Part shown: positions 1-9,567 of the stretch, one piece after another
Position numbering within the stretch: position 1 is the stretch's first letter
How the letters are laid out: each line of letters begins with the position of its first letter
Source of the DNA: Candidatus Nezhaarchaeales archaeon
GTDB lineage: Archaea > Thermoproteota > Methanomethylicia > Nezhaarchaeales > WYZ-LMO8
Direction: 5' to 3'
DNA length: 64,000 nucleotides
NCBI GenBank assembly: GCA_038887515.1
Contig: JAWAKK010000001.1
Location: forward strand, 1-64,000
Made by a program: the position numbers and the translations under genes
Notes under the pieces: generated by a model
The model's database searches: none
What the model was told of the DNA's origin: nothing
The model's input: the letters and a program-made list of their open reading frames with translations, nothing else

Positions 1-1094
1 TGTATTTGAAGAATTTCAAGCCTACCCTGCTTATCTGGGACCCCGATCTCGATCTCCCTATCGAACCTACCAGGCCTCCTTAAAGCGGGATCAATAGCAT
101 TAGGCCTATTTGTAGCAGCAATAACTACAACTTTACCGCGGCTTTCAAGACCATCCATCAGCGTCAACAGTTGTGATACAACTCTCTTTTCTACTTCTCC
201 TGTTACTTCCTCGCGTTTAGGTGCTATTGCATCTATTTCGTCGATGAATATTATTGAAGGAGCATTCTCTTCAGCTTCCTTAAATATTTCTCTAAGCCTC
301 TGTTCACTCTCACCGTAGAACTTACTCATTATTTCGGGACCACTTATACTTATAAAGTGGGCATTGGTCTCGTTTGCAACGGCTTTAGCCAGTAAAGTTT
401 TACCGCAACCTGGAGGACCGTAGAGAAGCACTCCCTTGGGCGGCTCGATACCAAGCCTCTCGAAGAGTTCTGGGTGCTTAAGAGGTAGCTCGACCATTTC
501 CCTAATCTTCTGAATGGCCTCTTTAAGACCACCTATATCCTCGTACGTTACCCTCGGTATTGCTTTAGGAACCTTCTCGACCTTTTCAGTTAATACTACT
601 TGTGTATCATGCGAAACTATTACAGCGTCAACGGGCGGATGTATCGAGGTCACTATGAAGTCTACGGTCCTTCCCATAATACCTACTGGTACGTAGTCCC
701 CCCTAGTAATGGCCCTTCCTTCAAGGAGGTGCCTTATGTACTCTTCTCCTCCGACAATCCTCAGTGGCTCTGTAGGTGCTAGAGTTATTTTTTCAGCCTT
801 CTTGACCGACGTCGCAAGCTTTATCGTTACCTTATCGTCTATTCCGACTCCGGCGTTCCTCCTTATGTAGCCATCTATCCTTATAATGCCCTTACCGTAA
901 TCTTCGGGGTAACCGGGCCAACATATAGCCACGGTCTTCTTCTTACCCACTATTTCTACGACGTCGCCAGCATTTATGCCCAACCGGGACATCGCCTCAG
1001 GGTCTACTCTAGCTATTCCTCTACCAACATCTCGAGCTTTTGCTTCTGCTACCCTTAACACGACTGAAGGTAAAGATCTATCGGTCATAAACAT
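1..1094 (-). CDS. cdc48: CDC48/VCP-family AAA+ ATPase, N-terminal part; runs off the left edge
   Basis: Manual translation gives [31 protein letters not shown], then [25 protein letters not shown], Walker A GPPGCGKT and Walker B IFIDEID. Start is ATG 1094 or 1088. Confidence 0.95.
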   Translation of the reverse strand, partial: MFMTDRSLPSVVLRVAEAKARDVGRGIARVDPEAMSRLGINAGDVVEIVGKKKTVAICWPGYPEDYGKGIIRIDGYIRRNAGVGIDDKVTIKLATSVKKAEKITLAPTEPLRIVGGEEYIRHLLEGRAITRGDYVPVGIMGRTVDFIVTSIHPPVDAVIVSHDTQVVLTEKVEKVPKAIPRVTYEDIGGLKEAIQKIREMVELPLKHPELFERLGIEPPKGVLLYGPPGCGKTLLAKAVANETNAHFISISGPEIMSKFYGESEQRLREIFKEAEENAPSIIFIDEIDAIAPKREEVTGEVEKRVVSQLLTLMDGLESRGKVVVIAATNRPNAIDPALRRPGRFDREIEIGVPDKQGRLEILQI

Positions 1095-1127
1095 CAACCT
1101 AAAAAAGATAGAAGTGGTTGTGTAAAG

Positions 1128-1664
1128 TTACTCTACTTTGATTTCGTGGCCCTTCTCTTCGACTATTCTCTCTTTTAGTTTCAAAACTGCTTCAAGTACA
1201 CCGTTCCTATAGGTAGCTTTGGCTGACGCTGGGTCAACCTTCGCAGGTAGCTTTACTTCGGTATGGTACTTTCTGTCTCCTTGCTCAGCTCTTATGGCTA
1301 CAGAATCTTCTGTGGCATTTAACTTGATCGACTCTTTGTCGACGCCGGGTAGCTCAGCTATGAGCCTAAGCTCTCCAGCCTTCGTATCTACATGGGTCTC
1401 GACGTACGGCCTCCTCACTTCACTTCGCTCAACACCCCATCTCGATGGCCTAACGTTACCGAATTCTTGTACTACTGGTTTTCCGTCAGGCCCTATGGTT
1501 ATGCTGAAACCATAGAAGTAAGGCCCCTCTATTGTTACTTCTCTACCCTCTCTCGGCATCTTGGTGAAGGTCCTAAACATTCTGTCAATCATTTCGTCCA
1601 CTTCTTCGAATACCTTCTCGAATTCGTCAAAGATACTTGAGAACCTTCTAGGTCTCCACCACAT
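1128..1664 (-). CDS. hsp20: Archaeal small heat shock protein Hsp20
   Basis: Alpha-crystallin domain (AELPGVDKE, ATYRNGVLE) and the archaeal GPYFYGFSITIGPDGKP motif. Confidence 0.95.
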   Translation of the reverse strand: MWWRPRRFSSIFDEFEKVFEEVDEMIDRMFRTFTKMPREGREVTIEGPYFYGFSITIGPDGKPVVQEFGNVRPSRWGVERSEVRRPYVETHVDTKAGELRLIAELPGVDKESIKLNATEDSVAIRAEQGDRKYHTEVKLPAKVDPASAKATYRNGVLEAVLKLKERIVEEKGHEIKVE

Positions 1665-1667
1665 AGG

Positions 1668-1702
1668 TTTCTCACCTCTGGTTAGTAACCAGAGGTGAGA
1701 AA
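1668..1702. promoter_or_regulatory. Perfect 17-bp-arm palindrome over the hsp20 ribosome-binding and transcription start region; candidate operator or RNA hairpin
   Basis: TTTCTCACCTCTGGTTA-G-TAACCAGAGGTGAGAAA lies next to a TATA-like TATTTAAA at 1703-1710, between divergent hsp20 and the ArsR-type gene. Confidence 0.7.
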
Positions 1703-1754
1703 TATTTAAATCTTTCTGTACTCTTATCTCTCAGGAGATATATAAGGTGGGAGC

Positions 1755-2315
1755 GTGGCTCGCCGAGCGCTGAGTTTGCTTGAAGTCCTAGGAAACGAGA
1801 CGCGTAGGAAAATACTGGAACTGTTAGCTAAGGAACCGAAGTACCTATTACAATTGTCGAGAGAGCTTAACGTTAGCCAACAAGCAATACTTAAGCATAT
1901 AAACGTCTTGGTTAAAGCTGGCCTCATAAGAGCTTATGAGGTCAAGGCCGGCTCCTTAGGTCCATCTAGGAAGTATTATGAGCTTGCAAAGCCAATATTC
2001 ATGTCGGTCAACTTGTTTAAAGGTTATAGCGAAGTTGAGGTTTACGACTTCCTAGATGAAATTCCACAGCGTTTAAGAGAAACATTGGTATCTATAGAGA
2101 AGGACCTTGAAAATGGTAAGAGACTTGAAGAGTTGCTTTCCGAGGTAAGGGAAACCATTCAGGTAATAGATAGGGAATTACAGGAGGTAAAAGCAAGAGA
2201 AAGAGCACTACTAAGTGCTAAATGCAAGCTACTGAATTTAGTTTACGAGAGTTTAAGTAGACTCGGCGTTCCATCGTCTAGATGCAAAGACATCTTAGAG
2301 AAATTACTGGGTTAG
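1755..2315 (+). CDS. ArsR-family wHTH regulator, likely a Phr/HSR1-type heat-shock repressor
   Basis: LGNETRRKILELL and LSRELNVSQQAILKH HTH, GPSRKYY wing, C-terminal coiled coil. Divergent from hsp20-cdc48. Confidence 0.8.
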   Translation: MARRALSLLEVLGNETRRKILELLAKEPKYLLQLSRELNVSQQAILKHINVLVKAGLIRAYEVKAGSLGPSRKYYELAKPIFMSVNLFKGYSEVEVYDFLDEIPQRLRETLVSIEKDLENGKRLEELLSEVRETIQVIDRELQEVKARERALLSAKCKLLNLVYESLSRLGVPSSRCKDILEKLLG

Positions 2316-2332
2316 CCTCGCAAATGTTCTTG

Positions 2333-2806
2333 CTAAATCATTTTAGACAAAAGGTCGTTTATTGCTGGACCTCTATAGCCTAACTCTCCTCCTTCTTTGA
2401 AGGTCCTCTTTATTGTCCCTTTAAATCCTCCTGAAGGTGGATGTAACCTGAAAACTGGTTTTAAGTTTGGTATTTCTTGCAAAGCTATCTTGCCTTCAAG
2501 TATAGCTTTAGCCAATTCTCTGAAGTTTTCGAAACCCAACTTTTTAATGTATTCAAGCGTCAGGCTCTCATCGCCTACTAGCCTACCTCTCTTTTCTAAT
2601 AATGATGCTAGAATTTCTTCATTTACCTCCCCGTACGTTATGTAGCCTGAGACTTTCTTCAGCATACCCTCGACCGACGGCGTAGCCTCAACTATTATGC
2701 AGTGATTCTTTCTTGCGAGCCTTAAGGATTGCAATGTAAGCTTAATATCCGGTGGTACGCCAACACAGCCCCTAAGCCTTATGACCGCATAGAGTTTTTT
2801 TGTCAT
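2333..2806 (-). CDS. rpl30: 50S ribosomal protein uL30
   Basis: YAVIRLRG and [13 protein letters not shown] motifs. ATG at 2806 overlaps the rps5 TGA (ATGA). Confidence 0.95.
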   Translation of the reverse strand: MTKKLYAVIRLRGCVGVPPDIKLTLQSLRLARKNHCIIVEATPSVEGMLKKVSGYITYGEVNEEILASLLEKRGRLVGDESLTLEYIKKLGFENFRELAKAILEGKIALQEIPNLKPVFRLHPPSGGFKGTIKRTFKEGGELGYRGPAINDLLSKMI

Positions 2807-3456
2807 GCTCTCGCCCAATCCTTAACCGACTTAAAAGCCAGTGTGCCCCGAAGAGCTTCGAGAGTTGCCCTTGCCGTGTTCTCCTTAGTTCGAGATTCGC
2901 CTTTACTAAAAGTCCACACATCCTTTACTCCTGCAAGCCTTAGCACTATTTTAGCCGTATCGCCCGCTACAAGACCAGTTCCTCTAGGTGCTGGTAATAG
3001 CGTTACCTCTACGCTACCAGCCTTACCCCAAACTCTTACCGGTATGCTGTGGGGTCTGCCACATCTGCACTCCCAACTTCCACAACCAAGTCTAACGGGG
3101 ATTATGTTCAACTTGGCCTCAGCTATAGCTTTGTCTATTGCTTCCCTCATTTGCCTTGCTTTAGCACTACCTAGTCCAACATAACCAGCCTCGTTACCTA
3201 TAGCTATCACTACCTTAAACCTCGAAGACTCGCCAGCGTACGGCCGCCTAGTAGCCTACTAGGCGGTGTCCGTCTGCCTTTGAACTATCTTTACGTCAAT
3301 GACTTCGTGCTTTAGGTTTGGCAGTAAAGCATCTACTATTTCTGGCTCTTTTATCACTAAGTTGTTGGCAAATATTTCGTCTATGCTTGTTATCTTGCCC
3401 TCTTTTACTAATCTTCCTACATACGTTGTTGGAGACCATACATCAAGTGAAGACAT
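2803..3456 (-). CDS. rps5: 30S ribosomal protein uS5, two exons: join(3456..3268, 3237..2803), 207 aa after splicing
   Basis: The N-half ([16 protein letters not shown]...VQRQTD) and C-half ([15 protein letters not shown]...[16 protein letters not shown]) are in the same frame, separated by a 30-nt insert containing TAG TAG. Confidence 0.93.
3238..3267 (-). other. BHB-type mRNA intron (30 nt) in rps5
   Basis: Sense strand CAG-ACGG-AC|A-CCGCCTAGTAG-G-CTACTAGGCGG-CCGT-AC|G-CTG: 4-bp helix ACGG/CCGT, two 3-nt bulges, CAG/CTG exon stem. Confidence 0.9.
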
Positions 3457-3529
3457 ACTAATCAACTCCTAAATTGGCTTTGTAGTGAAAACCTACAAAT
3501 TAGGGGGTTTATTTTAAGCTTTCCTTCAA

Positions 3530-4159
3530 TTACTTCGTGCTGTTTTGCTCACTTATTGCTTGTAGCTGCATTAAGTGCTCTATCTTGCTCTTAGTTTCTT
3601 CAAAGGCCTCAATAATCCTCTCTGGATCAAAACCTGTCTTGAGGTAAGCCGAGAACTGTCTTTCGAATTTCTCTGGATTACTTTCCTTAAGCTGTTTTGC
3701 ATATTCCGCTATGTGGGAACCCTTAATTCTGTCCTCCGATGGTAACATCTCCGGACTATGAGGAATTTTAAGTCCGCCATCTAGTGCACCTTTTAATGCC
3801 GCAAAGACTCTGGACCCCTTTACAGCTCTATGTAAACCTATGTATAGGACGGCTTCCTTTACACCGGCTTTTATTGCCCTTAAGGCTGCAAGGTACCCCA
3901 CTAAATAGGATGCGGGAGTATTCTTACCCGAAGCAGGCCAGCCAAACTTTGTTTTTAACTCCCTTCCAGTTGCTTGAGCTAAGACCACATCGCCTCTTAC
4001 TTCGGGCTTGACTACTTGAACTATTATTTGGGAACACGTCCTTCTAACCACGAGCAAGGGCCTACCAGAGAGGATCATTCTTCTCCTTAACCTATAATTC
4101 GTTAAACCCTTCCTCCTTCTATTGAAGGGTATCCTTCTTAACCCCTTCTTTTTAGCCAA
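3530..4159 (-). CDS. rpl18: 50S ribosomal protein uL18
   Basis: RRRKGLTNYRLRR, KNTPASYLVG and FAALKGALDGGLKIPH motifs. Confidence 0.95.
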   Translation of the reverse strand: MAKKKGLRRIPFNRRRKGLTNYRLRRRMILSGRPLLVVRRTCSQIIVQVVKPEVRGDVVLAQATGRELKTKFGWPASGKNTPASYLVGYLAALRAIKAGVKEAVLYIGLHRAVKGSRVFAALKGALDGGLKIPHSPEMLPSEDRIKGSHIAEYAKQLKESNPEKFERQFSAYLKTGFDPERIIEAFEETKSKIEHLMQLQAISEQNSTK

Positions 4160-4161
4160 GT

Positions 4162-4608
4162 CTAAACCCTCCTAATGAGACCCTGCTCCTTTAAGTACTC
4201 CTTTAATTGTGCCCTGCTGTGGAAAGCTCCCCCCTTAACTAGCCTGTAAAGCCTTCTGTATGTTTTCTTGTCTATTGCCCTTTTGTCTCTCAGAAGCTTA
4301 AGGAGCCTTCGAAGCGCTCTTATCCTCGCGATCCAGAGTTTCTTGTCTAAACCAGCTTGGGAACCTTTACGTGAACCCTCGCCCTTCATTAGTCCCTTAC
4401 GTTTTTTTAGGAGCCTAGCTCTAGTTCTCGCTCTACTAGTCCCCCTGATGGGTCTAGCGGATATCACGCCTCTCTCAATGAGCTTCCTGACGTCTTCCTT
4501 CGTTATGGCTGATGCTGCTTCCTCGAGAGCTGAAGGATCTATGTATACCCTGCTTTCTCCTACACCTAAGACCTCTGCTGCAAGTCTTCTAACAACGCTT
4601 AGATTCAT
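4162..4608 (-). CDS. rpl19e: 50S ribosomal protein eL19
   Basis: RRLAAEVLGVGESRVYIDP and GEGSRKG...WIARIRALR motifs. Confidence 0.95.
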   Translation of the reverse strand: MNLSVVRRLAAEVLGVGESRVYIDPSALEEAASAITKEDVRKLIERGVISARPIRGTSRARTRARLLKKRKGLMKGEGSRKGSQAGLDKKLWIARIRALRRLLKLLRDKRAIDKKTYRRLYRLVKGGAFHSRAQLKEYLKEQGLIRRV

Positions 4609-5024
4609 GTCTCAACACCAACCGCATTAAGAACTCTAAGCCCCATGCTCTTGGCTTTTTCAATTATCTGAACTCGTTTTCTCCTCCCTACGGTACGCGC
4701 AATTCTTATACAATAGGTCTTGGGGTCCAGACCCTCTAAATCCTCGGGTCTATAAACTAGAACTTCTATCAAGCCTGAAGGGTGAAGGCCCCTAACAGCT
4801 TTAGGGCCGCGGTATCCTACTCGAACGAGTGGGGGATATCCTTTCCTACAAAGTTTTATCTTATTGTCTATCCCCCTAGGTCTCCTCCAACGCTCTTCGT
4901 CAACCCTTTTAAGACCCAAGGTATTGAGCCGCCTAAATTCCACTCTACTTCTACTCATCTTTAATCTCAATTTCAAGAGCCTCTTCATGGCACCTTGCAA
5001 TGCAAATAACCCTCCAGAGCTCAC
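4605..5024 (-). CDS. rpl32e: 50S ribosomal protein eL32
   Basis: WRRPRGIDNK and RGLHPSG motifs. Confidence 0.95.
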   Translation of the reverse strand: MSSGGLFALQGAMKRLLKLRLKMSRSRVEFRRLNTLGLKRVDEERWRRPRGIDNKIKLCRKGYPPLVRVGYRGPKAVRGLHPSGLIEVLVYRPEDLEGLDPKTYCIRIARTVGRRKRVQIIEKAKSMGLRVLNAVGVET

Positions 5025-5070
5025 TCCTTCATTACATAATTAACTTAAAAACTTTCATGAACTTTAAAGG

Positions 5071-5631
5071 TTAAACGACGCTTTTGCCTTTACGTTCATA
5101 TATGTAGATCCCATCCATGAAAATCCTCGGGTCGTATCCCTTTATCCTAGTTGCCTGTTCAATGTTAGCGGCGGTTTGAGATACCTCTTCGATGTCCACT
5201 CCTTCAACTATTATATCGTCTCCCTTAACCTGTACCTTTACATTGCCAACTATTCTTGCTACCCTCTTAGATTTCTCCCCCATGAAGTTTTCTATGATCA
5301 CTTTGCCATCCTCTACCTTTACGTTCATCGGGAAGTGCGAGTACACTATCTTAAGCTTGTAGACAAAGCCCTCAGTAACGCCTTTGACCATGTTTTTAAT
5401 GTGGGAGGATATAGTTCCACAGGTACTTTTACCCCTTTTACCCTTAATGTAGGATTCTACGAGGATATTGGAGTTCTCCATCCTTATCCAAACCTTAGCG
5501 TGAGAGAAGTCCTTTGTAAGGGAACCTTTAGGACCTTTAACTGTAATCTTTGCGGGTCCTTCTATCTTTACATCTACACCCGGCGGTACGCTTATTCTCT
5601 CGACAACGTAGGGTCGATATAGGATCTTCAT
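5071..5631 (-). CDS. rpl6: 50S ribosomal protein uL6
   Basis: VKGPKG, YSHFPMNV and DPRIFMDGIYI motifs. Confidence 0.95.
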   Translation of the reverse strand: MKILYRPYVVERISVPPGVDVKIEGPAKITVKGPKGSLTKDFSHAKVWIRMENSNILVESYIKGKRGKSTCGTISSHIKNMVKGVTEGFVYKLKIVYSHFPMNVKVEDGKVIIENFMGEKSKRVARIVGNVKVQVKGDDIIVEGVDIEEVSQTAANIEQATRIKGYDPRIFMDGIYIYERKGKSVV

Positions 5632-5656
5632 CTATAGCACCTCAAGAATTTACCAC

Positions 5657-6049
5657 CTAGTAAACGAAAGCTAGCAGGACACCTCCTATGCCAAGTTCCT
5701 TAGCCTCTCTATGAGACATGACACCTCTAGATGTGGAGATTATTAGAAGACCCACATCAGGAGATGGGAGATACCTCTTCTCCCACCTCTCAAATTCGTT
5801 TCTCCTAACGGGAAATCTGGGTTTTATAACTCCGCACTGGTTGATTCTACCTAGTAATTGAACTCTTATTTTACCAAACCTTCCATCGTCTATGTACTCA
5901 AAGTTTCCTATGTAACCCGCCTTAAGCATGACCCTGAGAACATTAGCTATCAGCTTCGATGCCGGCATTATTAGTGCGTCGCTTCTAGCCCTCGCTTCAC
6001 AATTCTTTATAGTTGCTAGAGCATTCGCAAGAGTATCGTTCATAACCAT
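5657..6049 (-). CDS. rps8: 30S ribosomal protein uS8
   Basis: DTLANAL, IDDGRFG and [12 protein letters not shown] motifs. Confidence 0.95.
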   Translation of the reverse strand: MVMNDTLANALATIKNCEARARSDALIMPASKLIANVLRVMLKAGYIGNFEYIDDGRFGKIRVQLLGRINQCGVIKPRFPVRRNEFERWEKRYLPSPDVGLLIISTSRGVMSHREAKELGIGGVLLAFVY

Positions 6050-6063
6050 ATCCCTTCACCTAA

Positions 6064-6228
6064 CTACATGTACTTCTTAAAGCCTAATTTGGGAGCGACT
6101 TCTCTAAAACAGCGCCTACAAATCATGAGCGAATATTTGCGGATTAATGCCTCATGAGTTCCACATATCCTGCACCTTCTACTCCCCTTACCAAATTTTC
6201 TTTCTTTTGGCGGCCTGTACTTACCCAA
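6064..6228 (-). CDS. rps14: 30S ribosomal protein uS14 (zinc finger)
   Basis: [11 protein letters not shown]...CRRCFRE. Likely TTG start at 6228 after a GAGGTGG SD sequence. Confidence 0.93.
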   Translation of the reverse strand: MGKYRPPKERKFGKGSRRCRICGTHEALIRKYSLMICRRCFREVAPKLGFKKYM

Positions 6229-6253
6229 CTTCTCCACCTCGCATAAGTTTAAG

Positions 6254-6775
6254 CTACACAATTTTTACACCAAGAAGTTCTTTTACAAAATTTATACTCT
6301 CTTCCCGAGTTACTCTATGGTTTTTGCCTACTTTCGATCGTTTTCTCCTTCTTCTTGCTACGCGATAACCCGGTCTCTCTACCGTTACACAGACGTCAAA
6401 CCCAAAAACTCCTAGAGAAGGATCATACTTCGTACCCGGCAGGGATACGTGCTCTTTAATTCCAAAGGAGAAGTTGCCGCGCTCGTCGAATGATTCGCTC
6501 TTAACCTTGAAGTCGACAGCCGTAAGTGCCCTCTTTAAAAACTCTAACGCTCTGTCTTTCGTTAAAGTAACAACGCACGCAATGCTTTCTCCCTTTTTTA
6601 TCCCGAACTCTTTAATTGTCTTCTTAGCCTTTCTAAAGCTAGGCTTTTGTCCTGTAAGAGCCTCTAAAACCTGAGCCGCCTTGGCTAGTCTCTCGCCTGA
6701 AGTGCCGACTGCCATGTTAACTACGACTTTAGCTATCTTTAGCTTCCTCATAACATTTTGTTCTTGGACAGTCAT
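6254..6775 (-). CDS. rpl5: 50S ribosomal protein uL5
   Basis: KVVVNMAVG and [10 protein letters not shown] motifs. Confidence 0.95.
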   Translation of the reverse strand: MTVQEQNVMRKLKIAKVVVNMAVGTSGERLAKAAQVLEALTGQKPSFRKAKKTIKEFGIKKGESIACVVTLTKDRALEFLKRALTAVDFKVKSESFDERGNFSFGIKEHVSLPGTKYDPSLGVFGFDVCVTVERPGYRVARRRRKRSKVGKNHRVTREESINFVKELLGVKIV

Positions 6776-6781
6776 GAATTT

Positions 6782-7513
6782 TCACCCTAAAGTTATCGTG
6801 GGCGAGTCCTTTCCAATTATGAATACTGTTAAGTATCCTACGTCGAACCTTTCATCTCCATGTTCAAGAGTAACGATCTTATACTCCCTCATGGGCCCTC
6901 CCTTGACTTCGACTATCTTTCCTATCCTGCCCACCTTCCTTCCGCTTGTAACTAACGCTAAGCTTCCGGGTTCGAACCGGTAGTGTTCTAATATCTTGCG
7001 ATCCGGCAATGATATCTTAACGACGTCAAAGGTCTTGTAAGCATTAATGGAACTTGAGGCCTCAACTATAATGTTGCTTCCGTCGTGGAGATTCAGCTGT
7101 ATGCGTCCTCCCCTAACGCTCCTCTTGTCTTCTATTCTGCATAACTTAAAGTACTTTTCATGTTCAGGTATTGGAACCACATCCAAGAACTTACCTGGTC
7201 TAGGCAATAATCTGAAGATTAAATTCTCTTTTTCGATCTCTATTACGTCCATAAGGCCTACCGGGAACCTATAATCCTTCCTTACAACGCCATCAACCTT
7301 AACAGCCCCAGACCTCAATATGTACTTTACCTCCCGTGCACTTTCAGCCAATTTGAGGACATCTCTTAATAGTATGAGAAGAGGCATTGACTTATCAAGT
7401 GTATGAGGACCGGGTGACGGTCTTGGAGCCCATACATGCTCTTTTACTGGAATAGGCCACCAAGCAGGAATGGTATATCGTTTTAAACCTTTAGACGCTG
7501 ACTTTTTAGTCAC
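6782..7513 (-). CDS. rps4e: 30S ribosomal protein eS4
   Basis: PSPGPH, VKVDGVVRKDYRFPVGLMDVI and QLNLHDG motifs. Confidence 0.95.
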   Translation of the reverse strand: MTKKSASKGLKRYTIPAWWPIPVKEHVWAPRPSPGPHTLDKSMPLLILLRDVLKLAESAREVKYILRSGAVKVDGVVRKDYRFPVGLMDVIEIEKENLIFRLLPRPGKFLDVVPIPEHEKYFKLCRIEDKRSVRGGRIQLNLHDGSNIIVEASSSINAYKTFDVVKISLPDRKILEHYRFEPGSLALVTSGRKVGRIGKIVEVKGGPMREYKIVTLEHGDERFDVGYLTVFIIGKDSPTITLG

Positions 7514-7530
7514 GTCAACTCACCTTTAAT

Positions 7531-7917
7531 TCACGAAGAAGTCTTCATCATCTTCCTTTCAATAATCTTCTTCCTCCATCCATCATCTAAATTGAGCTTG
7601 ACTATCTGGACCTTTGATGGGTTGACTGGAATAGGTACTTCAGATCCATCCGTCTTCTTCCTTACCAGCCCCTCTATATAGACCCTATACTTCTTATGGT
7701 CTAGCTTTATCACTTTACCAGTATGACCTCTGTGGTCCCCCCTCATGACCATAACGACATCTCCTGTCCTTAGGGGTAGTGACCTAAGGGGGTACTGGTT
7801 TCTAAGTTCTTTAGATAGGTGTGCAGATACAATCTTATGCCTAACGTGGTTTGGAGCTTGATATAGCCAACGCCTCTGCTTTCTCGGTTGTTTACTTTTA
7901 AAGTGCATGAGGTTCAC
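7531..7917 (-). CDS. rpl24: 50S ribosomal protein uL24
   Basis: SKQPRKQR and GDVVMVMRGD KOW motif. Confidence 0.95.
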   Translation of the reverse strand: MNLMHFKSKQPRKQRRWLYQAPNHVRHKIVSAHLSKELRNQYPLRSLPLRTGDVVMVMRGDHRGHTGKVIKLDHKKYRVYIEGLVRKKTDGSEVPIPVNPSKVQIVKLNLDDGWRKKIIERKMMKTSS

Positions 7918-7918
7918 C

Positions 7919-8347
7919 TCATACTATTAAAGTAGCTAAAGCTGCTATTCTAGGCCACCTCTCAGCCGCTTCGCGAGCTATGGGGCCCCTTACCTCGGTA
8001 CCTTTGGGACTACCGTCTTCGGTTACTATGACTACAGCGTTATCTTCGAACTGGACCCATTGACCGCTAAGCCTCCTAAATGGCTTCTTCTGTCTTACCA
8101 CTATTGCCCTCATAATCTGCTTTCTCAGCTCAGGAGTCCCTTTCTTAACTGAGACTAATATCATGTCCCCTACCCCTGCTCCTACGATCCTCCTATGCCT
8201 ACTTTTACCTCCGATCATCCCTATCATTGCAACTTCGTGCGCACCACTATTATCTACACATTTTATTCTTGAACCCGGAAAGACAGCTGGGCTTATTCTA
8301 GGTCTATATGATATCCCAGCTGCCACCTTTGGTCCTCGCTTAGCCAT
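7919..8347 (-). CDS. rpl14: 50S ribosomal protein uL14
   Basis: CVDNSGA, FEDNAVVI and GPIAREAAERWPRI motifs. Confidence 0.96.
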   Translation of the reverse strand: MAKRGPKVAAGISYRPRISPAVFPGSRIKCVDNSGAHEVAMIGMIGGKSRHRRIVGAGVGDMILVSVKKGTPELRKQIMRAIVVRQKKPFRRLSGQWVQFEDNAVVIVTEDGSPKGTEVRGPIAREAAERWPRIAALATLIV

Positions 8348-8430
8348 CGATTGAGAACCTCCAGTCGACGTTGTGGACTCAAAAAGCCTTGCCGGGTATA
8401 AAAATTTACCCTTTTACTCGAAGCTATTAA

Positions 8431-8775
8431 TCAGGTAACGGTCTTACCTAAGACCACGAAACTAACGGTCTTAGCTAACGGCCTGCATTCTCCTATAACT
8501 ACTTTGTCGCCTACTTTAATGTCGAGGCAGGGTGGAAGATGTGCGTGGATCTTACTCCTCCTTCTCTCATACCTCTCATACTTTTTAATGTAGACCTCGT
8601 ATTCATGCAGTACAGTAACGGTAGACTTCATCTTCACGCTCACTACGCTACCCTCTAGTATCTTACCTCTAACGGATAAAGAACCATGATAAGGACAGCG
8701 CGGATCACTACAAATCTTTTCTGGAGGCTTAATTCCCGCTATACCTACGTTTCTCGTTTTTACCGTCTTACTCAT
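8431..8775 (-). CDS. rps17: 30S ribosomal protein uS17
   Basis: CSDPRCPYHG, KKYERYERRRS and GECRPLAKT motifs. Confidence 0.95.
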   Translation of the reverse strand: MSKTVKTRNVGIAGIKPPEKICSDPRCPYHGSLSVRGKILEGSVVSVKMKSTVTVLHEYEVYIKKYERYERRRSKIHAHLPPCLDIKVGDKVVIGECRPLAKTVSFVVLGKTVT

Positions 8776-8856
8776 GAAGTTGGATCACCGCTAAGCGAAA
8801 GAGGATTAAGAGGTTATTTAAAAACTTTTGCTTGAGAACTAAGGCTTCGAATGTCT

Positions 8857-9144
8857 TCACCAGCGCTTCTTGAACAAGCGCTTAATTCTATCTTCAGGCC
8901 TACCAAGGAGGTATGGACCTTCCACTTCAACAATAACATTGTCGGGGAGTTTGAACCTAAAGATGCAGCACTTTTTCGGTATTGTCTTGATGGATCCTTT
9001 GTCATCCATTATTTTAATAGTCTTCATAGTTTCATCGACGACTAAGCCCTCCACTCCCTCGTAACTCTTGTTGGTGCTCTTAACGATCTTGACCCTTAAG
9101 CCTATCAGTTCATGATTTAAGATGTTGTAGGGGGTTATAGGCAT
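8857..9144 (-). CDS. rnp1: RNase P protein component 1 (Rpp29)
   Basis: NILNHELIGL, GLVVDETMKT and GRPEDRIK motifs; usual position upstream of uS17. Confidence 0.93.
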   Translation of the reverse strand: MPITPYNILNHELIGLRVKIVKSTNKSYEGVEGLVVDETMKTIKIMDDKGSIKTIPKKCCIFRFKLPDNVIVEVEGPYLLGRPEDRIKRLFKKRW

Positions 9145-9333
9145 CTAAATTCACAACCCGTTAAGCTCTAAATTCTCACTACCACTAAAACTGTTGAGCT
9201 TTACGCTACAAATTTACAAAATAGATTAAGTCGCCAAATCCTCCCTTGATAGAACTTTAGTAGTCGATTGCGCGAGGAACCTAAAAGACTCGCCTTCGTA
9301 AATACGCGATTTAATTATTTAAGAGTAAAGAAT

Positions 9334-9429
9334 TGGTGCGGCCGCCGGGATTTGAACCCGGGTCCCCAGCACTCTTCGAGGATGTCTCTTGGAAGGCTGG
9401 TGTCCTAGTCCAGGCTAGACGACGGCCGC
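9334..9429 (-). tRNA. tRNA-Gly(TCC) with an 18-nt canonical 37/38 intron (9372..9389); CCA encoded
   Basis: GCGGCCG acceptor stem, GGTTCAAATCC T-loop. BHB: CCAGC-CTTC-CA|A-GAG ACATC CTC-GAAG-AG|T-GCTGG. Confidence 0.95.
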
Positions 9430-9567
9430 TTCTCGTTTTATTGGGTACTCGAGTATATTTTTATTTTCGGGCTCAACCTAATGCCTCCTAATCATTGCGC
9501 GCGCTCATTTTAACTCTGACATTTCATCGCCCATCTTCTAATTTTTGTAGCGCCCAATAAACATTTG

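Noticed and set aside
3238-3267. Pyrrolysine or amber readthrough of the in-frame TAG TAG in rps5
   Set aside because: It would add 10 residues with two tandem ambers to a conserved uS5 loop. The parallel mtnA insert uses TAA, several genes here end normally at TAG, and the BHB cut sites already restore the motif exactly.
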